Assembly: GCA_040400795.1 (NCBI GenBank)
Contig: JBBAPO010000001.1
Location: forward strand, 30,523 to 94,522
DNA from: Rhodoferax sp.
Lineage (GTDB): Bacteria > Pseudomonadota > Gammaproteobacteria > Burkholderiales > Burkholderiaceae_C
Reading direction: 5' to 3'
DNA length: 64,000 nucleotides
Of this stretch, positions 52,650 through 60,980 are shown in pieces; position 1 is the stretch's first letter, and each line of letters starts with the position of its first letter. Below the pieces are notes generated by a model. The model was not told where the DNA came from. It did no database searches and saw only the letters and a program-made list of their open reading frames with translations. The position numbers and the translations under genes were made by a program.

Positions 52650-54302
52650 TTGTCAATAGGCCTCTTTATGTCCCTCGAAGGCCACCACACCGACCTCAAG
52701 TCTCTGCGCACCGTCACCGGCAAGTCGGCGGACTGGGAGGCGTTGGCCAAAGATTGCGTGTGCTTTGCCAATGGCGGGGGTGGCCGCTTGTTGATTGGCA
52801 TCGAAGATGGACAAACCTTGCCGCCTGCCGGCCAAGTGGTGCCGTCAGAGCTGCTTGACCGGTTGCGCAAGCGCATGGGCGAGTTGACGGTGAATGTGCA
52901 GGCATTGCCCAGCGTGCAGCTGGCGGCCAATGGCGGTGAGTTCATCGAGCTTGTGATTGACCGAGCCCCCAGCGTGGCATCTACCAAAGATGGCCGCTAT
53001 TTCCTGCGCGTGGGTGACACCTGCCAGCCGGTGCTGGGCGACGACGTACTGCGCCTCGCCAATGAGCGGCCGGGCAGGCCGTGGGAGGCGATGGACAGCG
53101 GCGTGTCGCGTGGCGCTGCTGCCGCCGACAAGCTGGCCGCTTTTGTTAAAGGTATTGCGGCATCGGGCCGGGTCAAAGAGTCTGTCAAGGAAAAAGGTGC
53201 GGATGCGCTGCTGACCCATTACGGGTTGGCCCAAGGCGCAACGCTGACCCGCCTGGGTGCGCTGCTGCTGGGCACTGCCGCCGACCGCCGCGCCTTGGGC
53301 ACTGCGCCGCTGGTGCAGGCCATCAAGTACGACGAGCAGGGTCAGAAAATCAACAAATGGGTGTGGGACGACTGCGAGCTATCCCCCGTGGAGCTGGTAG
53401 ATGCCGTGTGGCGCGAGGTACCCGATTTTCGCGAGAGCTACGAGGTGGCCGAAGGCCTCTACCGCCGTAGCGTGCCCGCCTACGACGAAAAGGTGGTGCG
53501 CGAGTTGCTGGTCAACGCGCTGGTGCACCGGCCTTACACGCAACAGGGCGACATTTACCTCAATCTGCACCCCGAGCGGCTGGAGGTGGTCAACCCCGGC
53601 CGCTTGCCGCTGGGGGTAACCCCGCGCAACATGCTGCATGCCAGCCGCCGGCGCAACGAAGGGCTAGCGCGGGTGTTTCACGACCTGGGCCTGATGGAGC
53701 GTGAGGGCAGCGGTTTTGACTTGATCTATGACCGGCTGCTGTCCCAAGGCCGCCCGGCACCCGTGCCCGAAGAGGGCGTGGATTGGGTCAAGGTGACGAT
53801 TCAACGGCGCATTGCCAAGCCTGACGTGATGCGGCTGCTTGCCGAGGCCGATGCCCGCTATCAGCTCACCCAGCGCGAGCGCATTACCTTGGGTGTGTTG
53901 GCACAGGCCGAGGGCATGACTGCCCGCGAACTGAGCGCCGTGCTGGAGGCGGAAGGCGGAGATGATTTGTCGGTATGGTTCGGGCGCTTGGTTTCTGCCG
54001 GCCTGGTCCATACCACGGGCAAGACTTCGGGCATGCGCTACTTTGTGGCACCGGATTGGTTACGTGGTGCGCAGCTCGACCGCAAAACCACGCTAACCCG
54101 CATCACACCGCACCGCCTGCATGCCTTGATTTTGGAAGACCTGGCGCGGTACCCCGAATCGTCCAGTGCTGACATTAACCGGCGCATTGGGGTGGAGATA
54201 TCGGCAAAAACGGTCAAGCGGGCTTTGGATCATTTGTTGGGCACCAATGAGGTGGTTTATTCAGGCGAGCGGCGCTGGCGGCGTTACCGATTGGGTGCGT
54301 AA
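52650..54302 (+). CDS. AlbA_2 (Schlafen-like) + HATPase_c_4 ('RecG-like C-terminal') + C-terminal wHTH protein
   Basis: N-terminal E..H.DLK...LAKDCVCFANGGGGRLLIGIED (AlbA_2 pattern). Central VRELLVNALVHRPY..NPG (HATPase_c_4 pattern). The C-terminus is helix-turn-helix-like. The TTG at 52650 abuts the upstream TAA; an alternative ATG lies at 52668. Confidence 0.8.
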   Translation: MSIGLFMSLEGHHTDLKSLRTVTGKSADWEALAKDCVCFANGGGGRLLIGIEDGQTLPPAGQVVPSELLDRLRKRMGELTVNVQALPSVQLAANGGEFIELVIDRAPSVASTKDGRYFLRVGDTCQPVLGDDVLRLANERPGRPWEAMDSGVSRGAAAADKLAAFVKGIAASGRVKESVKEKGADALLTHYGLAQGATLTRLGALLLGTAADRRALGTAPLVQAIKYDEQGQKINKWVWDDCELSPVELVDAVWREVPDFRESYEVAEGLYRRSVPAYDEKVVRELLVNALVHRPYTQQGDIYLNLHPERLEVVNPGRLPLGVTPRNMLHASRRRNEGLARVFHDLGLMEREGSGFDLIYDRLLSQGRPAPVPEEGVDWVKVTIQRRIAKPDVMRLLAEADARYQLTQRERITLGVLAQAEGMTARELSAVLEAEGGDDLSVWFGRLVSAGLVHTTGKTSGMRYFVAPDWLRGAQLDRKTTLTRITPHRLHALILEDLARYPESSSADINRRIGVEISAKTVKRALDHLLGTNEVVYSGERRWRRYRLGA

Positions 54303-54393
54303 TGTCTAAAGGACAAAAGGGAGGGGTGTTTCATGAAAAATAATGGCTTTAAGCCCCGCATGCGTTCCAAGTGGTTGATTTGTAATGGTTTTT

Positions 54394-54424
54394 ATAAAGG
54401 ACAGTCGTTGACGCTGTCCTTTAT
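54394..54424 (+). promoter_or_regulatory. Perfect 11-bp-stem hairpin (ATAAAGGACAG-N9-CTGTCCTTTAT) in the AT-rich spacer before hsdR
   Basis: Read directly from the sequence. It is followed by only a short T-tract, so its function (attenuator, operator or processing site) is unknown. Confidence 0.3.
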
Positions 54425-54451
54425 GACCGATGGCTCTGTCCGATAGAACCC

Positions 54452-57400
54452 ATGGCCTACACCGACATCAACAGCGAAGACCGATTGGTGCAGGCCACCT
54501 TTGCCGAGCATCTGGCGCATTCGCTGGGCTGGGACAGCGTGTATGCCTGGAACCAGGAAACCTTTGGCCCCAATGGCACGCTGGGCCGCGCCAGCGAGCG
54601 TGACGCGGTGCTGGTGCGCGACTTGCGCAGCGCATTGGTCCGGCTCAACCCGCAGCTGCCCGCCCCCGCCATTGAAGAGGCCATCACCAAGTTGACGCAC
54701 CACGAGTTTTCTCGTTCGCTGTTGCAGCACAACCAGGCGTTTCATGCGCTGATCCGCGACGGTGTGCCGGTGAGCTACCGCAACGCACAGGGGCAGCTCA
54801 GCCACGCACAGGCGGCGGTGATCGACTTTCGCAACCCGGTCAATAACCGGTTTCTGGTGGTGCGCGAGCTCAAGCTCACCGGCCTGCGCACGCCCAACTA
54901 CAACCGCCGGGCCGATCTGGTGTGTTTTGTGAACGGCTTGCCGCTGGTCTTTGTTGAGCTCAAAGCGGTTTACAAAAACATCCGTGCTGGCTTTGACGGC
55001 AACCTGCGCGACTACATGGACGAGAACGTGGTGGCCCATGCCTTTCACCACAACGCGTTTTTGGTTGTCAGCAACGGGCACAACGCCCGCTTTGGCTCCA
55101 TCACCAGCAGCTGGGCGCATTTTGGTGAGTGGAAGCGCCTGCACGAGCAGGATGTGGGCAACGTGGCCGCAGAGGTGTTGCTCAACGGCATGCTGGCCAA
55201 AGACCGCTTGCTTGACCTGGTAGAAAACTTCATTTTGTTTGACGCCAGCAAGGCCGGTGCCGTGCGCAAGGTGGTGGCCCGTAACCACCAGATGCTGGGT
55301 GTGAACCAGGCCGTGGCCGCCGTGGTGAGGCAGGAAGCACTGAAGCGTGAGTTCCCGACCGACAAACGCCTGACCCACCGCACCATTGCGCTGCCCTCTG
55401 CGGACAGAGATTACGCGGCCAATGATGCCTTGGTGGTTTACCCGATGGCTGCTCAGCCTGTGCCCGAGTACCTGCAAATCATCGAACGTGCGCACCCTGA
55501 TCTGGGCCGCTTGGGGGTGGTGTGGCACACGCAGGGCAGCGGCAAGTCGTATTCGATGGCCTTCTTTGCCGAGAAGGTGCGCCGCACGGTGCCGGGCAAT
55601 TTCACCTTTGTGCTGATGACGGACCGGGACGACCTGGACAGCCAGATTTACAAGACCTTTGTAGGCTGCGGGGTGGCCGATGGCACAACCCCGCGCGCAA
55701 GCTCAGGGCGCGAATTGCAGCGCCTGCTGTCTGAAAATCACCGTTTTGTGTTCAGCCTGATTCACAAGTTCAACCAGGAGGTATCGCCCGATGCGCCGTA
55801 CAGCAAGCGCGACGACATTATTGTGGTGTCTGATGAGGCTCACCGCACCCAATCGGGCAAGCTGGCGCGCAACATGCGCATGGCGCTGCCCAATGCGGCC
55901 TTTATTGGCTTTACCGGCACGCCGCTGTTCAAGCACGACCAGCTGACCAAGCGCATCTTTGGCGACTACGTGTCGCGCTACGACTTCAAGCGCAGCGAAG
56001 AAGATGGCGCCACCGTGAAGCTGGTGTACGAAAACCGGGGCGAGAAGTTGGGCCTGGCCAAGTTGGACCTGAACGATCGCATCGCGGCCGCTGTGGACGC
56101 TGCCGACCTGGACCCGGACCAAACGGCTTTGCTGGAAAAGCTGCTGGGCAAGGATTACGAGGTGATCACGGCTGACGAGCGCTTGGACCGCGTGGCCAGT
56201 GACTTTGTGGACCATTGCAGCACCCGCTGGGAAGCAGGCAAAGCCATGATGGTGTGCATCGACAAAATCACCTGTGCCCGCATGCTCAAGCTGATTGGCC
56301 CCAAGTGGAAGGCCAAGGCCGCCGCCGTGCGCACAGACGCTCAGGCCAAACTGGCTGCTATTGCCGCCGCCGATGATGACGAAACCCGTCAGATACTGCA
56401 TGCGCAGCGCGACCGGCTGGTGGCCAAAGCCGATTGGATGGATGACACCATCATTGAGCTGATCATCAGCGAAGCCCAAAACGAAGTGGCTGACTTCAAA
56501 AAGTGGCAGTTCGACATCATCTCCCACCGTTCGGTGATGAAGCTGGGATTTGAAACGAAAGACGGCCAGCGCGTCGATGTAGAAACCTCGTTCAAAAACC
56601 CCAAGCACCCGTTCCGCATCGCCATCGTGTGCGCCATGTGGCTCACCGGCTTTGATGTCGAATGCCTCGCCACGCTGTACATCGACAAGCCGATGCGGGC
56701 GCATACGCTGATGCAGGCCATTGCCCGTGCCAACCGGGTGTACCCGGGCAAGGATTTTGGGCTGATCGTGGACTACAACGGCATGCTCAAGAGCCTGCGC
56801 GAAGCCCTGGCCCAGTACGCGCTGGGTGACGATGGTGGTGACGCTGAGATCGTGGCTCCGATTGAAGAGCGGGTTGCTGCACTGGCCGATGCCATCACTG
56901 TGACGGAAGCACACCTGCGCGGCCTGGGCTTTGAGGCCAATGCACTGTCAGGTACCAAGGGGTTCACCCGCATTCAGTTGCTGGCCGACGCGGTAGAAGC
57001 GGTTTACACCAGTGAGGAAGCCAAGCGCCGCTATGAAATCTTGTGCCGTGTGGTGTTCGGCCGGTTCAAAGCATTGTTGGTAGAGCCCTCCGCATTGATC
57101 TATGCCGAGCGCCACGACAACCTGGAGGCCATCTACAAGAAGCTGGGCGAGCGACGCGACACGGCCGATGTGAGCGAGCTGCTCAAGCTGCTGCACCGCA
57201 TCGTCAACACGGCCATTGCCTCCCATGGCCCCGGTGGCGACCAGGCCAGCGGGCTGACGGTGGACCTGTCGCAGATCAACATGGAAAAGTTGCGCGATGA
57301 ATTTGCCAAAAAAATCAAACGCAAGGCGACGGTGATTGAGGACATCCGGCAAATTGTGGAAGACAAGCTGGCGCAGATGCTGGGGCGCAACCCACTGCGG

Positions 57401-57547
57401 ATGAACTACGAAAAGCGCTACCAGGAGATCATTGCCGCTTACAACCAGGACAAAGACCGAGCCACCGTGGAGGACACGTTTGCCAAACTCATCGAACTGG
57501 CGAATGCCTTGAGCGCAGAGGAGCGTCGGGCTTTGGATGAGGACTGA
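54452..57547 (+). CDS. hsdR: Type I restriction enzyme subunit R (main ORF; C-terminal domain lost to a frameshift)
   Basis: N-terminal nuclease region (ADLVCFVNGLPLVFVELK), helicase motif I (HTQGSGKS), DEAH box (VVSDEAHRTQ), and motif VI (QAIARANR). Confidence 0.92.
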   Translation: MAYTDINSEDRLVQATFAEHLAHSLGWDSVYAWNQETFGPNGTLGRASERDAVLVRDLRSALVRLNPQLPAPAIEEAITKLTHHEFSRSLLQHNQAFHALIRDGVPVSYRNAQGQLSHAQAAVIDFRNPVNNRFLVVRELKLTGLRTPNYNRRADLVCFVNGLPLVFVELKAVYKNIRAGFDGNLRDYMDENVVAHAFHHNAFLVVSNGHNARFGSITSSWAHFGEWKRLHEQDVGNVAAEVLLNGMLAKDRLLDLVENFILFDASKAGAVRKVVARNHQMLGVNQAVAAVVRQEALKREFPTDKRLTHRTIALPSADRDYAANDALVVYPMAAQPVPEYLQIIERAHPDLGRLGVVWHTQGSGKSYSMAFFAEKVRRTVPGNFTFVLMTDRDDLDSQIYKTFVGCGVADGTTPRASSGRELQRLLSENHRFVFSLIHKFNQEVSPDAPYSKRDDIIVVSDEAHRTQSGKLARNMRMALPNAAFIGFTGTPLFKHDQLTKRIFGDYVSRYDFKRSEEDGATVKLVYENRGEKLGLAKLDLNDRIAAAVDAADLDPDQTALLEKLLGKDYEVITADERLDRVASDFVDHCSTRWEAGKAMMVCIDKITCARMLKLIGPKWKAKAAAVRTDAQAKLAAIAAADDDETRQILHAQRDRLVAKADWMDDTIIELIISEAQNEVADFKKWQFDIISHRSVMKLGFETKDGQRVDVETSFKNPKHPFRIAIVCAMWLTGFDVECLATLYIDKPMRAHTLMQAIARANRVYPGKDFGLIVDYNGMLKSLREALAQYALGDDGGDAEIVAPIEERVAALADAITVTEAHLRGLGFEANALSGTKGFTRIQLLADAVEAVYTSEEAKRRYEILCRVVFGRFKALLVEPSALIYAERHDNLEAIYKKLGERRDTADVSELLKLLHRIVNTAIASHGPGGDQASGLTVDLSQINMEKLRDEFAKKIKRKATVIEDIRQIVEDKLAQMLGRNPLRMNYEKRYQEIIAAYNQDKDRATVEDTFAKLIELANALSAEERRALDED

Positions 57548-57846
57548 GCGAAGAGCAGCTGGCCTTGTTTGACCTGGTGCAGCGTGATGATTTGACCCGC
57601 GCTGACCGTGAACGCATCAAGCAGGCCAGCCGCGAGCTGTTGGCCGGTGTGCTGGCGCTGATCGCGCCGCTGGACCGCTGGACAGAAAAGGAACAGACCC
57701 AGGCCGAGGTGGAGACCTTCATCCTGGACCAGGTGTACCAAACCCTGCCGGAGCCGCCCTACACCCCGGACGACAAGGCTCGCGTGGCGCAGGAGGTGTA
57801 TCGGCATATCTGGCAGCAGAGCCTGCGGGCGCAGGGGGCAGGCTAG
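57541..57846 (+). pseudogene. hsdR: Displaced C-terminal (DUF3387-like) segment of hsdR in the -1 frame
   Basis: The frame opening at 57541 reads GLSEEQLALFDLVQRDDLTRADRERIKQASRELL..WTEKEQTQAEVETFI. This is the usual HsdR C-terminus and continues directly from ..EERRALDE of the main ORF. Confidence 0.75.
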
Positions 57847-57895
57847 ACCGTGTTGTGCGGGATACTCCAGCCTCTTAAAACTGCAAGCTCGCGCC

Positions 57896-58999
57896 ATGTC
57901 CCCCACCCAATCCCTTTTCTCCCCCTTCAGCTGCAAAACCCTGCAGCTCCCCAACCGCATCGTGATGGCGCCGATGACGCGCTCGTTCTCGCCCGGTGGT
58001 GTGCCGACCGACGATGTGACCGCGTATTACCGCCGCCGTGCCGTGAGTGCGGTGGGCCTGATCGTGTCCGAGGGGACGGTGGTGGAGCGCCCGGCGGCGT
58101 CCAATGACCCCGATGTACCGCGCTTCTGGGGCGACGATGCATTGGCCGCTTGGCAAAAGGTTATTGAAGGCGTGCACGCCGTGGGCGGCCTGATGGCGCC
58201 GCAGCTATGGCATGTGGGCGCGGTGCGCAACCGGCGCACCAGTTGGCAGCCGCCCGGCCCATGGGATTCCCCGTCGGGCCTGTCGTCGCCTGGCAAAAAG
58301 ATTGCCGAGCCCATAAGCGATGCCGACATTGCCGACACCATTGCCGCCTTCGCGCGCGCGGCTGGTGCTGCCAAACGGCTGGGCTTTGACGCTATCGAGC
58401 TGCATGGCGCCCATGGCTACCTGATCGACCAGTTTTTCTGGGAAGGCACCAACCTGCGCCAGGACGGCTACGGCGGCGCCAGCCTGGTGCAGCGTGGCCG
58501 GTTTGCGGCCGACATCCTGACGGCGGTGCGCGCCGAGGTGGGGCCGGACTACCCGGTGATCATCCGGCTGTCGCAGTGGAAGCAGCAGGACTACGCGGTG
58601 CAGATGGCCCGCACGCCGCAGGAGATGGAGGACTGGCTGCGGCCACTGGCCGACGCTGGCGCCGACATCTTCCATTGTTCGCAGCGCCGCTTTTGGGAAC
58701 CCGAGTACGCGGGCTCGGACCTTAACTTTGCCGGCTGGGCCAAAAAGCTCACCGGCAAACCCACCATCACGGTCGGCTCAGTGGGCCTGTCGGGCGAGTT
58801 CATTGCCTCCTTTGGCGGCGAGGGCTCGCAACCGGCCGCGCTGGATGAATTGCTGCGTCGGCTGGACCGTGGCGACTTTGATCTGGTGGCGGTGGGTCGG
58901 GCCTTGATCAGCGACCCAGACTGGGTGCTGAAGGTGCGCGACGGCCGCGCCAGTGAGCTGTCGGATTATTCGCCCGCTGCCTTGGCCAAGCTGGTCTGA
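57896..58999 (+). CDS. NADH:flavin oxidoreductase, Old Yellow Enzyme family
   Basis: Contains NRIVMAPMTR, QLWHVG and IELHGAHGYLIDQF. Confidence 0.9.
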   Translation: MSPTQSLFSPFSCKTLQLPNRIVMAPMTRSFSPGGVPTDDVTAYYRRRAVSAVGLIVSEGTVVERPAASNDPDVPRFWGDDALAAWQKVIEGVHAVGGLMAPQLWHVGAVRNRRTSWQPPGPWDSPSGLSSPGKKIAEPISDADIADTIAAFARAAGAAKRLGFDAIELHGAHGYLIDQFFWEGTNLRQDGYGGASLVQRGRFAADILTAVRAEVGPDYPVIIRLSQWKQQDYAVQMARTPQEMEDWLRPLADAGADIFHCSQRRFWEPEYAGSDLNFAGWAKKLTGKPTITVGSVGLSGEFIASFGGEGSQPAALDELLRRLDRGDFDLVAVGRALISDPDWVLKVRDGRASELSDYSPAALAKLV

Positions 59000-59084
59000 T
59001 CGATCGATACGATCCGGCGGTGGATTAATCGTATGATTCAGCGTACTATCAAGCGCATTATTGACCCATCGCCAGGAGTTTGCA

Positions 59085-59339
59085 ATGTCACACATCAGCG
59101 CCAATGACCTAAAGACCAAGGGTATCGCTGCCATTGAGTTGGCCCTGAGCACCGCGCCCGAGGCGATTGTGTCGGTGCGCGGCAAAGACAGGTATGTGGT
59201 GATGGATATGGCGCAGTACCACTACCTGCGCGAATGTGAGCTGGACGCCGCGCTGGCCCAGACTCGTGCCGACCTGGCCGCCGGACGCAGGGTGCAAGAG
59301 TCGCCCGAGGCCCACCTGGCGCGGCTGGACGCGATGTAA
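59085..59339 (+). CDS. Type II antitoxin (Phd/YefM-like)
   Basis: Small acidic protein with AGGAG 7 nt upstream of the ATG. It lies directly upstream of a RelE-like ORF. Confidence 0.7.
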   Translation: MSHISANDLKTKGIAAIELALSTAPEAIVSVRGKDRYVVMDMAQYHYLRECELDAALAQTRADLAAGRRVQESPEAHLARLDAM

Positions 59340-59356
59340 CGCCTCCACCAGTTGCC

Positions 59357-59629
59357 ATGTTTGCGCTGGTTTTCACCGAACAATACAACCGTCGGGCGGC
59401 CCGTTTTCTGAAACGTCACCCTGATCTTCGCCAGCAGTACCTCAAAACCTTGCAAGTCCTGGAAGCCAATCCGGCCCACCCGTCGCTGCGCCTGCACCCC
59501 TTGCGCGGCAAGTTGGACGGTCTGCATTCGGTGTCCATCAACCTGTCGTACCGCATCACGCTGGAGTTGTTGATTCAGGATGGGCAGATCATTCCGGTGA
59601 ATGTTGGCGATCATGACGCGGTGTACTGA
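59357..59629 (+). CDS. RelE/ParE-superfamily toxin
   Basis: 90 aa. HPSLRLHPLRGKLDGLHSVSINLSYRI..VGDHDAVY is typical of RelE/YafQ-like toxins. Confidence 0.8.
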   Translation: MFALVFTEQYNRRAARFLKRHPDLRQQYLKTLQVLEANPAHPSLRLHPLRGKLDGLHSVSINLSYRITLELLIQDGQIIPVNVGDHDAVY

Positions 59630-59640
59630 CAGGCCGCGCC

Positions 59641-60396
59641 TCAGTCATCGCCGCCTTTGTTTTTGTCGCTCGCTTTGCGTTCGCTGCCACCTTCGCCCCC
59701 CTTGCCCTGAATGTCGTGTTCGTTGCTGCTGCGGTGGCAGCTCACGCAATGGGTTAAGTCGCGGATGCCTTCCTCCACGTGCTCGCGGCGGATGTTAGCC
59801 ACCGTGTGTTCATGGCAGCCATAGCAGGTGTAGGTGCGGTAGTCGTTGCGGACATGGCAGGTGGCGCAGGGCGCGTTGTGGTCTTTGTCCAGCACAAAGT
59901 GCTTGGCGTGGTCAAAAGTAGCCGGTGTCCACTGGGTGCTGGTGTGGCACTGCGAACAATTGCCGCTGATCTGCCTATGCAGCGGGTCAGTGGGCGCGGT
60001 GTGGCAGCTTTGGCACTGGCTGGCGGTGTCTTTTTTCAATAGGCTGTGGTCAAAGCTGCCTTGCAGGTGGTAGCGGCGCACACCGGCGTGGTCGCTGTGG
60101 CAGCCGATGCAATTTTGGCTGGACAGCGCCTGGTGAAAGGGTGTGCGGCTCAGCGGCTTGGCAATCGGGGCGCCCAGGGTGGTCAGCTTGCCGATGTCGG
60201 CTGGCTTGTGGCAGCTGACGCACTTGGCTGCGCTGGCGCCGGTGAAAGCGCTGTGGCAGGCGAAGCAGTCGGTGTTGATGGCTTGGTGGCCTGGAATCAG
60301 CTTGCCCGGCGCCACCAGCAGATGCGGCCATGCAAAAGTGAGTGCCACCAGCAGCAGCAGGTTGATCGCCAGGATGATTTTTAGCGTGCGACTCAT
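59641..60396 (-). CDS. Octaheme c-type cytochrome (cytochrome c3/NapC-like) with an N-terminal membrane anchor or signal
   Basis: About 250 aa with eight CxxCH motifs (CFACH, CVSCH, CIGCH, CQSCH, CSQCH, CATCH, CYGCH, CVSCH). The N-terminus is hydrophobic. The ATG at 60396 overlaps the upstream stop (ATGA). Confidence 0.85.
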   Translation of the reverse strand: MSRTLKIILAINLLLLVALTFAWPHLLVAPGKLIPGHQAINTDCFACHSAFTGASAAKCVSCHKPADIGKLTTLGAPIAKPLSRTPFHQALSSQNCIGCHSDHAGVRRYHLQGSFDHSLLKKDTASQCQSCHTAPTDPLHRQISGNCSQCHTSTQWTPATFDHAKHFVLDKDHNAPCATCHVRNDYRTYTCYGCHEHTVANIRREHVEEGIRDLTHCVSCHRSSNEHDIQGKGGEGGSERKASDKNKGGDD

Positions 60397-60980
60397 GCCC
60401 AGCCCCAAAACAAAAAGATGCTGACGATGTGCCCCAGCGCCAGCACGGCAAAGGCGATGAAGATGGGTATATGCAATTTGCGCCACTGCGCCATGGCACC
60501 CAGCGCCATCGCATCCCAGAAAACCGCCTGCTCAACCTCGGGCCGCGACAGGCCACGCAGCTCAAAGCGCTCGCGCTCGCCCTGCACATGGCGGCGCGCG
60601 GTCTTGAGCAAAATTTTCCCGACCAGGCCGCTGACCACGTTGATGCTCATGGCCACGGTGGCTAGCCAGGGCAGGATGCTGTTGAAGTGGATGCCGGCAT
60701 GGATCAGCACCAGCAAAGAGCCCAGCCAGGCCGCGAACTCATGCGCCTTCAGCAGGGTTTTGGGGTCGCCGGCCGCAACCCAATGCCGCTTGCGCAGCGA
60801 GTAGTACAGGGAACCGATGATCAGCAGCGTGCCGGGTATGCCCAGGTAGCGCCCCACCCACACCAGGTTGAGGCGGTGCAGCAGGTAGTCGCCGGCGAAG
60901 GTAGCGGCTGCCAGCAGACTCAGCAGCAGCGTGAAGGGCAGCACATGGTCGCGCCACAGGGAGGGGTTAGAGCTTGTCAT
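60393..60980 (-). CDS. Polytopic membrane protein with conserved-looking His residues (possible b-heme carrier, DUF4405-like)
   Basis: 195 aa with 4-5 hydrophobic helices. His residues lie in or near the helices (LIHAGIHF, KLHIPIF, LGHIV). It is coupled to both neighbouring genes. Confidence 0.6.
   Translation of the reverse strand: MTSSNPSLWRDHVLPFTLLLSLLAAATFAGDYLLHRLNLVWVGRYLGIPGTLLIIGSLYYSLRKRHWVAAGDPKTLLKAHEFAAWLGSLLVLIHAGIHFNSILPWLATVAMSINVVSGLVGKILLKTARRHVQGERERFELRGLSRPEVEQAVFWDAMALGAMAQWRKLHIPIFIAFAVLALGHIVSIFLFWGWA

Noticed and set aside
54392-56914. Two long minus-strand ORFs (54392-55528, 378 aa; 55703-56914, 403 aa)
   Set aside because: Both lie fully inside hsdR on the opposite strand. 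hsdR has clear helicase and nuclease motifs, so these are shadow ORFs.
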